DNA of 64,000 nucleotides. It comes from Pavona decussata (Eukaryota). Positions 1 through 12,209 of this stretch are shown here, one piece after another. How positions within the stretch are numbered: position 1 is the stretch's first letter; each line of letters opens with the position of its first letter. The position numbers and the translations under genes were made by a program. The notes below the pieces were generated by a model. The model was not told where the DNA came from. It was given only the letters and a program-made list of their open reading frames with translations, and did not search any database. Location of the stretch: positions 496,001-560,000 of the forward strand of contig CDRNST010000018.1 in assembly GCA_977016875.1 (NCBI GenBank). The letters are read 5' to 3'.

Positions 1-46
1 AATCTACTTTGTCATTGGTCAATGTCGCTAAGGAGTCACGTGAGAT

Positions 47-560
47 ATGCGCGCGAAACCAGAGAGGTCACTAGCAAGCGAACCTTTGAAGTGGTTCCAG
101 GTAAAAAATTTTGTTATGGCGAATTCAACTAATCCTGAAGATCCCATCAAAGGTACAAAGCTTAATTCCACTGGAGAAGTCGAAGACGACCTTCTAAATG
201 AACCTGCACTTGAAATTAGCGATCCGCCAATGAGATACTCACTGATTTGAACAGAAACATGGATCACATGGCAGGTTCATTGTCCGCCATGGCCGAAGCA
301 TTCGAAGCAGCGCCCAGCGAAGCAAGACGCTCGCTCTGGGAATTTAGACCCCTTAAATGAGAAAACAAAGAAGTCTAGAGTGGATGCCAGTGATAAAGGT
401 GAAACTGGCAGTGAAAGTGATGATGCAGACGTTCACTAGCTTCTTGCAGAAACAAGACAAACTTTTAAAGAAATTGGCCCTCGACTTCTCTAAAGATGAC
501 AAAGTGAGCAGCCCAATCTCTAAGCAACTCGCACAATACAAAGAAATATGGGATGTAACC
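47..560 (+). mobile_element. Decayed gag-like ORF1 remnant, probably DIRS-type retrotransposon
   Basis: Broken reading frames include DKLLKKLALDFSKDDKVSSPISKQLAQ, which resembles the N-terminal part of cnidarian DIRS1 gag-like proteins. Frameshifted and cut off by the downstream minisatellite. Confidence 0.35.
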
Positions 561-572
561 TCTGTCCTAAAG

Positions 573-835
573 TTAACAGGGTAACAGAGTAACAAGGTCA
601 CAGAGTAAGAAGGTAACAGAGTAATAAGGTAACAAGGCAACAGAGTAACAGAGTAACAAGGTAGCAGGGTAACAGAGTAACAAGGTAACAGGGAAACATA
701 GTAACAAGGTAACAGAGTAACAAGATAACAGAGAAACAAGGTAACAGGATATCAGAGTAACAAGGTAACATGGTTGCAAGGCAGAGTAACAAGGTAACAG
801 AGTGACAGGGTAACAGAGTGACAAGGGGAACAGTT
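573..835. repeat. 8-bp minisatellite (GTAACAAG/GTAACAGA, loose 16-bp higher-order unit)
   Basis: About 30 directly visible tandem copies of GTAACA(AG/GA/GG). Confidence 0.95.
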
Positions 836-939
836 ATCAAAAAATAAAATTTAAAGACAATGATTTCAAAAAGAATTCGGATACAAACTAACCAAAAATA
901 ATAAAATTAGGACATAATAATAACCATATATAAATTACC

Positions 940-1000
940 AACCTTATCCCGGAGCCCATTCCCTGACCAAAAAGCTTGAGGACTCTGGGTACGAGATTGA
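940..1000. mobile_element. Fragment of CAATCTCGTACCCAGAG-terminus MITE family
   Basis: Ends ...GACTCTGGGTACGAGATTG, the reverse complement of the terminus at 26529. Confidence 0.6.
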
Positions 1001-1083
1001 GAAATTAGGAGAAGAAAGAGACTGCTCGCTCGCGCTACCAGTCTAAGCGACAGTTAAGTCCGCCATTGTCTCGCGTGAAATCG

Positions 1084-1269
1084 AGGATGTGTTTTTCTAG
1101 GAAAATTGGAATCCGGATTTTTGATCCAAGATCACTCGCATCATGGTGCATCAAACAAAACCGACGAACCCTTAGCCAGAATGGATTTGTCTGTCCCTTT
1201 GATAGACCATGATCCGAGTGATCTGGGATCACAGATCCGGATTCAGATTTTCTCAAAGAAACGCATCCT
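1084..1269. mobile_element. Palindromic (fold-back) MITE
   Basis: Arms AGGATGTGTTTTTC...ATCCGGATTTTTGATCCAAGATCACTCGCATCATGGT and ACCATGATCCGAGTGATCTGGGATCACAGATCCGGAT...GAAACGCATCCT are imperfect reverse complements over ~75 bp. Confidence 0.85.
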
Positions 1270-2129
1270 GATATCGCGCTGATTCCCGCTTTATAAAAAC
1301 TATTAACCAGCCTGTGATTGGTTGGCGGCAGCGAACGGAAGTGGCGGCTCTCTTCAGCAGACAAGCGTCTCATGCTCAAAGAGTGCTGCGTAGGAGGTGG
1401 CACTGGAACTTTCTCAGAATGTTGTCATAAAGCATCAGGTGCCCAGCACACTCGTCTTGATACTTCAACATAGTTGCAGCAGAGTTTTCCTTCTGCACTA
1501 TGGCCTCTACTTCTATAGACGTCACCAAAAATTACATCCTGTCCATAAAAAAATCAGTTCAAAGCTTACGTGATCGACTAGAAAGCCGAGATGTAGGACT
1601 GAAAAGTGGAGATGTAGATAATAACTCTCTCCTTTTTCGCCTCAAATGTAACCCATTCAATCTATTTTGAAAAAGTGTTCATTTTTATTTCTGGTCAAAA
1701 ATAAACTATAGCACAAAAATAACTGCTTCCCCCTTTCTGTGGGGGGGGGGGGTTAGTTCTGGATGCTAGTTTTAATCGTTCAAGAGGGCGCAAAGGCCAT
1801 GCGTTTCAGAAATAACGTTTGCAAAGATAACAAGAACTCCTGAAAATAGAATCCGCATTGGTTTTGTTGACGGCCAGCTGTTGGCGGCCATCCGCATGTG
1901 ATTGACGCAAGCAGTGACACCTCTTTGAAATATTTAAAGAAACGACTATGATTTATTTTCGGTTAGGGGCCAAATAAAGGATTCGGAAGAGGGAAGAAAG
2001 GCATCAGAAGAAAATGTAAAAACCATCGGGGATTGATGTCAAAATTTCTGGCTGATCTCAAGCACCTTGAGGATTCACGAGCATCACCAACCTAAACATG
2101 ACAAGAACTTTACTACCGTCAAAAGGGCT

Positions 2130-3200
2130 ACTAGTTGCCCCTTGGCACAAGCATAGAAAATAACTCTGAAACAGAACAAAAACCAATGGAACTCACAGAA
2201 CCAAGTGAAAATGAAGACGAGCTCCTTGCCGGGCCCGATGAGCAGACCACAAAGATTTTGAAAGCAGCCAAAGGCTGCCAAAAGAACAGCAGTACCACGA
2301 GAACAAGAAAGAGCCAAAACTCACACTGCAGAACAGAAAACGCCGTTACAGCCAAACACTGTCAGCAGAAGAGAAACTAAACCATGCAGAAAAGGCGTTA
2401 AAAGCTCTCAAAAGGCACTCCGAAAGAGGAACATGCCCGGAATCATTGAAGTATACGGCAAGAGCCCCATTTGAGCGGACACTGAATTTAAAACTGACAT
2501 TAAACACATCCGCAAAACTGCGGAACAACACGAACAGAGGAAAAATTACACAGTTCATTGCACAAGTAAACAAACACCACCCTACAATCAAATTCACGGC
2601 TGAAGTTTCAGATACTGAAATAACTTTCTTGGACACCATCATCTACAAATAAGATTCAAAACAAAATCAGTTCTCGATGTGCGAACCCACTTCAAGCCGA
2701 CTGAGACATTTCAATATACACATTTCTCGTCCTGTCACCCACCAGGTGTCAAAAGGAGATTTGTAAAAGGAGAGGCTTTAAGACTTCTGAGGACAAACTC
2801 TTCTGAAACATTATTTGAAGAGAAAATTTAAACCTTTAAAATGCACCTCGCAGAGAGAGGTTACCCTAAAGGGTTTATCAAACAAAAAAACTTGCACAAG
2901 TAAATTTTAAAGACAGATCACAAGCCCTCCAACAAAAGAATAAAGAAAATAAAAGAATCTTGCCGTTTGTAACACACTATTATCCATCAGTGCCAAACTT
3001 AAAGGAAATCCTTATGAGCAAATGGCAGTTAATAGAGAAACAACCAAAGCTCAGAGTGATTTTTAAGGAACCGCCACTAATCTCATACAAGAGAGGGCGT
3101 TCCCTAAAAGACATACTCGTTAGAGCAAAACTATAACTGAACATGGCTAAAAACACGCGAGTGGGAGTCGCGCAGGCCTATCTTCATTCCTTTTTCCACA
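2130..3200 (+). mobile_element. Penelope-like retroelement, internally deleted (N-terminal region fused to C-terminal RT/thumb)
   Basis: Translates to HHPTIKFTAEVSDTEITFLDT...KPTETFQYTHFSSCHPPGVKRRFVKGEALRLLRTNSS...ERGYP...LPFVTHYYP...PPLISYKRGRSLKDILVRAKL*, typical PLE RT motifs 6-7 and thumb. In-frame stops present; RT motifs 1-5 are missing. Confidence 0.85.
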
Positions 3201-3489
3201 GGGAAAACACCGGTTCTCAACCCGTGTGGTTTTGACTCGTATTTTAAGTGATGCTGAGATGCTCCTAACGTCAATATTTTCTTGTCTTCTTGCTAACCAC
3301 TCAGTGCCTTGAAAAAACCTATTTTGATGACGTTAGGCCCGACTTCTCGCCTGTTCCGAGCAAAGCACGGTTTTAACCACATATCTTTAATAGAGCAGCT
3401 GCACTGGCCAACTCTTTCCAGAAGACCCTCTTACCACAAGGCTAAACTCGTTTTTTCTCTGTCTTCACTCATCAGTTCCTAGTTATTTT

Positions 3490-3830
3490 TCATTTTATTT
3501 TACTAGATTTTTGAAAATTCACAATTATTCCACAAGGCAAAACATGAGGCTATCCCTACTAAACGCGAAACAAAATTTTGGGAAAACGACCTTCCTTTTT
3601 ACTGGCGCAGAAATTTTTAATAAACTCCCTTTAAACAGTGTGAACAGTGAAAACATTCAAATGTTCTCCTTTAATTTCCTTTTATCTTAACTTTCATATT
3701 TTATTACTATTTTAGGCTTTGAATGTGATTTTGCATTGTATTTTTAGGCTTTGTAGTTGTAATATTCTAGTAATATATTTTTATTAGGCATTTTAAATGT
3801 AATAGTTAATGAAAATTCTTGATGTAAATT
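3490..3830 (+). mobile_element. 3' end of CR1/L2-group LINE
   Basis: STRQNMRLSLLNAKQNFGKTTFLFTGAEIFNKLPLN followed by a T-rich 3' UTR. Confidence 0.55.
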
Positions 3831-3859
3831 ATTTTTTAAGATTACTTACTCAAGTCAAT

Positions 3860-5348
3860 ATGGCCGACCAGAAAAGTCGCACAGTCACGTTTAAATTGCC
3901 TTCTGGAGCAACTCTAAAAGAAACCAAAGATGCCATCAGCGCAGAAGTCGCTGCAGACAAACTAACAGTCATACAGCAACTCTCTACAGGCGAGGACCTT
4001 GTCAAAACTACCACTACACGGCTCGCCGAAGATCTCATGGAGAGAGGCTTTGCTTGTAACAACCAACACATGGAATGTAACCCACCTCGTCGATATTACA
4101 CAAATATTAGTATCATGGGTCTTTGCCCCTATGTCACAGATGAAGACATCACTGACATCTTAAACCAGTATGGTGAAATCAAAAGCGATGTTTTCAACCT
4201 TTAGTACAAAGCAGACCACCACCTTGCGGGTCTCGAAAATGGAAACTGTCTTGTACGTATGATCTTAAACAAGCCATCCATATCTTATTCAATCAAAATT
4301 GGCGATGAATGGTGCAGGATAAAACATAACGACCAGCAGCCCATATGCAGCGAATGCAACGAAGTTTGGTGCTCCCGCTGAAAGTGCCCCGAAATCGTCT
4401 GCAGAAAATGTAATACTCTGACCACACTCAACATGCTCCCTCACGCCGAAGCCGCATCACTCCCACACTGAATCTATAGGCAGGAAAACCTCAACCATGT
4501 CCACCAAGAAGTAACCTGCCTCTACCCTCTACTCAACTATCATACTCCCCCTACCAACATTCATCATAGCTCACTTTATTTTTCTTAACCTCAATTTGAC
4601 CTCCATCATGTGTAGTATTGCTAGCATTAACGCCCTCGGCCTGCGCTCGTTGGACCGACGCCAAACTTTCAATCATTTCACCCGCATCAAATAAGACATC
4701 ATTTTAATACAGGAAACACACTGGACACCCGACCTCAAGGATACAATTAAGCACGAATGGCATGGCGACATCTTTTTCAGTCAAATGCAAGAGGTGTCCG
4801 CATTCTCCTAAATTCCAATCTCCATCAACATCATGCACACCCAACAAGATCAAGATGGCTGTCTTATTAACATCACTGTCACCATCAATGGTCGACATCT
4901 AATTACATGTATTACCAACATTTACGCCACTAGCACAGACACAGACCGCAGTTCTTTCTATTCAAGCCTCCAGCCTTACCTCTGCACCACCCACTACAAC
5001 ATAATCGGCGGCGACTTCAACTCCATCTCTGACCCACAACTTGATAAATTTGGTGGAAATCCTGAGCCCAGACAGAGCGCTGTTAAAATCCTTCACACTA
5101 TCATCACACAACACAACCTTATTGACATCTGGCATGACAGGAAGCCTCATAAAGGTGACTACACATGGACCGGAAGGAACACACGCGACAACAATTCTCT
5201 CATCTGAACATGCATCAATAAATTTCTAACTAGCAGCTCTCTTCGCCCCTACATAACTACTACTTTAATTACTCCCTTTGCCCAATCTGATCATGACCTC
5301 ATTTCTATCTCCCTTGATTTCGACCAACAACCTCGTGGCCCCGGCTAC
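3860..5348 (+). mobile_element. Tx1/L1-clade non-LTR retrotransposon 5' part (zinc-knuckle ORF1 + APE endonuclease), pseudogenised
   Basis: ORF1 from 3860: MADQKSRTVTFKLP...GLENGN...CSECNEVW...CPEIVCRKC. ORF2 from 4608: ASINALGLR...IQETH...TNIYAT...IIGGDFNSI...LIDIW...YTW...SDH. Multiple stops and frameshifts. Confidence 0.85.
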
Positions 5349-5570
5349 CAACCTCGTTCCCAGGGTCTCTCCTCTTCACGTCCCAGGGAGCAAGAGAGGG
5401 GAGACCCTGGTTGGGGCTGGTCATGTGTCTCCCAGAATCCGGGAGATAACAAATAAATGACTAGAGAGAGGGGCGGTTGAGTGTCAATTTGCCTATACTT
5501 AGTGTACCGGAGATGAGAAAACATGCCCCATTCAAGTCAACTTGCAATTCACGTGTTTCAAAGGCCATGT
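5349..5570. mobile_element. CAACCTCGTTCCCAGGGTCTC-terminus MITE fragment interrupting the Tx1 element
   Basis: Tx1 homology ends abruptly at a typical MITE terminus with an internal hairpin CCAGGGTCTC...GAGACCCTGG. Confidence 0.6.
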
Positions 5571-6094
5571 TAAGTGGTCATTCAGAAAACCCTAAAAAGG
5601 TATATAAAGTTATATAGAGTATATAGAGGTATAAGGTATAAAGAGTTTGGAAAAGAACTTTTACAGAGGGATGAAGATCTAACGGAGAAGATTGAGAAAC
5701 TGCTCATTCCTTGGAAGGAGCAGGAAAGTGATCTTCAAGAGAGACAAGATAGAAATAACGATATGCACTGCACCATCATGAATTTGCACGCCAAGGTCCA
5801 AAATGAGAAAGCAGCAAGTGAAAATTGAGATAGACGTGCCAAATCCATTTGCAAAAGTAGTTATTTTTATTTTCTGTTCATGGAGCCGTCTGCCCCTCCT
5901 TCTGCGTGCCTATAAAAAAGGACGACCTTCAGGGAAAAGACACAAACCAAAAGAAACCGAAAGGAAGATCATCTCAAAACACTCACTGGCTATAGAATAT
6001 TATAGCAATGCTCAACACTCGTGATACAGGGATCCGGAAGGTGTTTCACAAGGGAGCAAATGCAAGGTTGAAAGATCTCTTTACACTACTTCAA

Positions 6095-6970
6095 CCATTT
6101 TAATACAGGAAACACATTGGACACCCGACCTCAAGGATACAATTAAGCACGAATGGCATGGCAACATCTTTTTCAGTCACCGAACTTCAAATGCAAAAGG
6201 TGTCGGCATTCTCCTAAATTCCAATCTCCGTCAACATCATGCACACCCAACAAGATCAAGATGGCTGTGTTATTAACATCACTGTCACCATCAATGGTCA
6301 ACATCTTAATATTACCAACATGTACGTCGCTAGCAGACACAGACCACCGTTCTTTCTATTCAAGCCTACAGCCTTACCTCTGCACCACCCACTACAACAT
6401 AATCAGCCGCGACTTCAACTCCATCTCTGACCCACAACTTGACAAATTTGGCAGAAATCCTGAGCCCAGACAGAGAGCTGTTAAAATCCTTCACACTATC
6501 GTCACACAAGACAACCTTATTGGCATGACAGGAATCCCCATAAACGTGACTACACATGGACCGGAAGGAACACACGCGACAACAATTCTCTCATCCCAAC
6601 GTGCATCAATCATCAATCAAAAAGAGTGGGATGAAGATCTAACGGAGAAGATTGAGAAACTGTTCATTCCTTGGAAGGAGCAGGAAAGTGATCTTTAAGA
6701 GAGACAAGATAGAAATAATGATATGTGCCGCACCATTACGAATTTGGAAGCCAAGATCCAAAATGAGAAAGTAGCAATTTTAGGGCTTGAAGTGGAAATT
6801 GAGAGCATCAGATCGGCAATAACAGCATTAAAAAAGGCTTAAGACATCAGGGCCCTAATAAAGAATTTGAAAGAGAAAAGCAAAGCATCAGAAGAAAATG
6901 TAAAAAACCATCGGGATTAATGTCCAAATTTCTGGCTGATCTCAGGCACCTTGAGGATCCATGAGTACCA
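6095..6970 (+). repeat. Local duplicate of the Tx1 APE segment plus a coiled-coil ORF fragment
   Basis: 6095-6612 is near-identical to 4700-5220; 6625-6790 matches 5667-5830; 6850-6965 matches 1965-2085. Confidence 0.9.
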
Positions 6971-7999
6971 AACTAAAAAGAAACCGTTTAATGCATCCCT
7001 GTCAGTGAGTTCCATATGGCACAAGATGCCATTACTTTCACATGTGAGTGGTTGAGAATTTGCTCGAGTTTCCTTCATATAGTAAAGTAAAAGCAATGTA
7101 ATCGCGGATTGCTTTCGACACTCAGTTGAAAATTGTTCTACACAATTCACAATCATGCTTCATGAACTGTCATGCAATCATTTGTTATTGGCCAATATAC
7201 AGATGATTAACCGGCTTCGTGTTCTTACTTCAGTTGCGTAATGTCTTGTTTTTACGGTAATGTTAAGTTCTTTTGGCTGCATAATCCTTACAATAACTCA
7301 GTAGCTACAGTTTCACAATTGGTCCAGCATTGTAGTGTTAATTTTGTTATTCAAAAACACTTCTTTATTTCTGCGTGCTTTTTTCTACTGGGCACCAGGT
7401 GAGCAGGGTCCTCTTGGTTGCCTCATTACTTGTTTTGTACAGGGCACATTGTCATGGCTTCGAGTGGGGCGGCCCTTGCCTGTTTTCTCGCGCAGGGCTT
7501 TGCCCTCACCATTGTTGGAAATAAATCTCGATTTCTAGATTATGTAATTTAGTTGAGTTGTAAGCAAATAAAACTGCCATGATTGTGCCCAAAATAAAAC
7601 AAAAAAAAAAAGAAAAAGAAAAAGTGGTGCCCAATTTTAAACCTTGTCTGGCCCTTAAAAATGGTTTGACCACCAGCTTGAATATATTAAAAGTCAGGGC
7701 GTCAGAGTATCTCGTTAAATTCCCACCATCTACCAGCAATGCGGGCATCGCAGAGCATATCGCCAGGTAGTTTGATGTGGAGAGCATGTGGGACATTCAG
7801 GTACTGCCGGGTAAACAGGCACGCTCTACTTTTTCCAATTCTGGTCATAAAAAGAAACCATCGGTGGGCTCACTATTGGTGATGTCATCAGTCCTGTCTT
7901 CCAACCAATAAATGCGCTGCACTTCCAGCTACCAAAGGGGATGACAAAAAGCGACCACACACTCATCTGGACTTACAGTCCAAAAAGTCACTATCTGCA

Positions 8000-8820
8000 T
8001 GGGTGGCAATCCTGACACCATACAAAGCGCTGTTAAAATCCTGCATGCTGTCGTCACACAATATGATCTTATTGACATCTGGCGTGACAGGAATCCCTAC
8101 AAACGTGATTACACAATGACAGGAAGGAACAATCGCCACCACAATTCTCTTATCAATACACACATCGATAATTTCTAGACAGCAGTTTTCTTCGCTCCTA
8201 CATCACAACTGCCTCAATCACCCCCTTGCACATTCTGATCACCACCCCATCTCTATTTCCCTTGATTTCGACAATGACCTTCTATCCAAGGAAGTCTTTG
8301 AAGCGGAAATTCAACAAAATTGGACTGACTGGCTCCCCGGCAAAAGCAACTACAGCACCCTTTCAAAAACATTGCCTTCAAGTGCAATGTAATTCGAAGG
8401 AAAATGTCATGCCATGAGCGACACCTGATCAAAAAAAATATTGAATACCTTTGCCCCCAAGCCACAACCATGATTTTATTACAAAATACCTCGAAAGCAA
8501 AGAAAAACTAAAAAACTATGATTTCCAAGAACTCGATGCACTCAAAATGAGGTCCAAAGCCAGTTTCACTGAGGAAGGTGAAAAAAGCACATGCAATTTC
8601 TACTCCCTTGAAAAATGCAAACAAGCTGCTCAATCCATTACTACTCTCACCAAAGATAATCTTGACACTATCACTGACACATGCGACATCTTATCAGAAA
8701 CATGCAAGTTTTACCAATCACTCTACACCGCCGAAAACACCGATCCTGCTGCCCAAAACACACTCTTCAACACCTCGATACCCACATTCACCACCACCAA
8801 ACAGGACTCCTGCGAAATGA
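8000..8820 (+). mobile_element. Third Tx1/L1 ORF2 fragment (APE end and linker)
   Basis: AVKILH...LIDIWRDRNP; RSKASFTEEGEKSTCNFYSLEK...ILSETCKFYQSLYT, the conserved EGEKSTxxF and FYxxLY motifs of L1/Tx1 ORF2. Confidence 0.8.
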
Positions 8821-8826
8821 AGTTTA

Positions 8827-11800
8827 CTGGCACCATTCTATGTACCTGGGTAGACAGACAATGTAAGAGGCCTTTTTCTTGCCAAAGAAAGGAGCAGAAG
8901 GAAAGAGACTATGCTTACTCCACTGGCTTCCAATTTTCCACTCAAATGTCAACATGCTGCCCATTACACAAAGGTGCCCCCACCAAAGTGATAAATCATA
9001 ATAAACAGAACTGTTCAACGACATTATTTTATTATTAGGCGACATCACCATACCCTGTTCTCTTGCAAACGCTCTAAATGTTTTGTCTTGCAAGATTTAC
9101 AATAATTTTCTTGAACAAAAAAAAAAAATACAATGTTGGTTCATCTTCCTTAACACTAGCATTGACAACATCAAGACTTTTTTTCTATAATAGGAGTGGT
9201 TGACTTTGTGGACTAAATTGTCAATCCATTTAGTCAGAGAATCTCAGAGTTGGAAACTGAGGTAACAGCTTTCTCCTTTCCTTGCTTACTTTCATTTACA
9301 GACCTACTGAATGTGATGTGAATAAAATCAATAATTTATTCCAATAAGTTTTTCACTTGTAACAATACTTTTGATTGTAAGCATGTGCCCTGAGATTTGC
9401 CATTAAAATTTAAGAAATATATGGACAGACATTCAGACTAGTTCCACTAAATAATAAGTTTAAATTGCACAAAGATTCAACCCTGTAATTTTGTTCCAGC
9501 TGTAAGCTTGCTGATGTGGAGTGAAAAAACTCATTTTTGTCAGATTAGTCCTGGGTTCCTTTTCTTACATGGCTTTTCAAAGTGTGAATTTAAATACTAA
9601 GTTAAAACACTTTCTCCACAATTATTTTTCTTAGTGATGTATTCAAACAAAATTACATTAATTTTCTAATTTGTTCATATTGCTATGTTGCAATATCCTC
9701 TTTGTTAGTTTCGGATAACTATCACTTAATTACATATGTGCATATTATTTGTTGCTTTCTCAGCACATTAGCATGTATTTTGCTCGAGGCCTAAACAGCC
9801 TCAATCAGATCTGAGGGTAAATAAAGTTTCATTCATTCATTAAGCATAACATTATTCATTTTTTCGTTACTTTGTTTTGTTACTTTTCTCATGTTAGTGG
9901 TCTTTTTTATCATACAATCGCCAACATTACACCAGATCCTCACAAGGAAGATCTACAAACTAAATTGCACCAGCACCAGAAGATAAAACATCCCTTCCAC
10001 TGCCACAAGAGCTAGAAGCACCCATGTGCTGGTGTTTCATTCTCTGACATGCCGCAATTACAATAATAGGCATCTTTCCATAAGAGGTACCCATTCAATT
10101 TCTTGTTTTCCTAAAAGTTTGCGGGCTGCTGGCACCATTCCATGCAACTGGGTAGACAGACAACAAAGGAATTATTTAAAAGAAGGCCATTAAGACACTG
10201 TTCTTACACCACTGGCTTTCCAATTTTCCAACCAAATATCCAACATGCTGCCTCAACCAAAGTCAAAATGCACACAACTGCTTAAGAAAATTATGTCATT
10301 GTTGGGTGACATCACCATACCCTATTCTTTTGCAAACAATGTAGGTGTTTTGACCAAAAAAAATATATGTTTTGCAAAACTTGCCATAATTTCTTCAGAA
10401 AAAAAGTAAAATGCTAGTTCATCTCCCTCACTATCTTAATTGAAAATAGTCACTCTCTTTTTGTGAAACAGAATTGGTCAACTATTCTGTCATTTTGAAC
10501 ACTTAAATATTTCATTGCTTCAAAACTTGAATAGATGCTTGGATCAAATTGAAGTGATTGTGCCAGAAATGCAGAGTATGTTTGTATTGACACTGCTGAC
10601 TGAGGCAATGACCTACATTTCCTTTAAATTTGTTTTCTAGCAACCACCTTAGAGAAGAATTTCCATCTTGGTACATGCATGAAGCAAGTACATGTAGCTT
10701 CCAGGTCATACATGTTATCATGTGACAGTACAGAGGCCAGACACACAGTTGACGATGAAAACTTCTGCCCACAACCGCCAAGATTACATCAGAACCTCAC
10801 AAGGAAGGACCATCAAATAGCACCTGTGGATGCAACATCCCTTTTTTGCCACGATAGCTCCACGCACCCACAAGCTGATGCCTTCTGTAACATATAGCAA
10901 TTGCAATTACATGTATCTTTCCATAACAGGTATCCATTCAATTTCTTGTTTTCCTAAACGTTTGCTGGCACCATTTCATTCAAATGGGTAGACAGACAAT
11001 ATGAGAAGCATTTTCTTGCCAAGAAAAGAACAGAAGGAAAGAGACTATGCTTACTCCACTGGCTTCCAATTTTCCATTCAAATGTCCAACATGCTGCCCA
11101 ATACACCATGATACCTCCACCAGTTTGATAAGTCAAAATGAACACAATATTTTTAGGACATATTATTTCATTATTGGGTAACATCACCATACCCCATTCT
11201 CTCTCCTATTCTCATGTAAATGTTTTGGCCAAAAAATTATGTTTTGGAGATTTGCAAGACTTTAATCAGGACAAAAGCACAATGCTAGTTCAACTAACTC
11301 AGCACCTTCATAGACAACACCCAGGGTCTCTTTTTTAAATAGTATTTGTTGCTTATTCTGTCATTTTAAATGCCAAAATATTTCACTGCTTCAGATGTGT
11401 ATAGATGTTTGTAAAATGATAACTGTACAGCTAACACAGTATGTCCATTTAGTCGGTGAATCTTAGAGTTAAAACCACAGGTTTTTTTCTTTTTCTAGCT
11501 AACTTTTATTTATAGTCCTACAATGTACTGAATTTGGATGAAATCAGCAATGCATTTTTCAATTGCAACATTGGTCTTGTTGATTGCAAGCCTATGCTTT
11601 AAGATTTTTCACTGAAAATTAGAGAAAAATGGGCAGACTTCAACATTACTTGAACTGAACATTAGTCGAACAAGATTCAACCATGTAATTTTGTTGCAAA
11701 CATACCTCACCATAGCAAGTTCATTTTTCTTTAGTAATGTCCTGGGTTGCTTTCCAGTTAAATGGCTCTTCAAAATTGTGAATTTAAGACATGTTAAAGA

Positions 11801-11990
11801 TTTTTTCCCAATTAACTTCATATTGATGTATTCAAACAATAAAAATACATTTTCTAATTAACTCATATTTTTGTTGTAATTTCGTTTTTGTTAATATTGT
11901 TATAAATTATCTTTTTGTTAGTGCTGATATTTTTTGTTACTATTTGTTTTGTTACTTTTCTAATATTTTTTGGTCCTTCATGTTTTGTTC
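8827..11990. repeat. Three diverged copies of an unidentified ~0.8-1.2 kb unit
   Basis: GGCACCATT...TGGGTAGACAGACAA recurs at ~8829, ~10131 and ~10966. CCACTGGCTTCCAATTTTCCA and CATCACCATACCC also recur in register. Confidence 0.8.
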
Positions 11991-12209
11991 TTTCTGAATG
12001 CTGTAATGTATAATTATTGTTCTAGTAGTATTTTTGTGACCACATAAATTCTTGTTCACTGTTTGATACTGTTGTTACTGTGCTAAGATTGTTTTGTTAT
12101 CATTATTCTATTGTTTTGCTATTTCAATACCTTTTTACCATTCTAATACTGTTTATATATTTACTGTTCCAATATTATATAAGTGACTTTTTATGTGGCT
12201 AAATGTAAT

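Noticed and set aside
573-835. Possible CRISPR array
   Set aside because: Contiguous 8-bp units with no unique spacers; eukaryotic context and no cas genes.
353-840. Overlapping minus-strand ORFs rich in CY.VTLL
   Set aside because: Artefacts of the 8-bp minisatellite, which lacks stops on that strand.
8920-8945. LHWLP motif suggesting an L2 LINE 3' end
   Set aside because: The surrounding residues do not follow the L2 pattern, and the opposite strand looks more consistently coding across the three copies.
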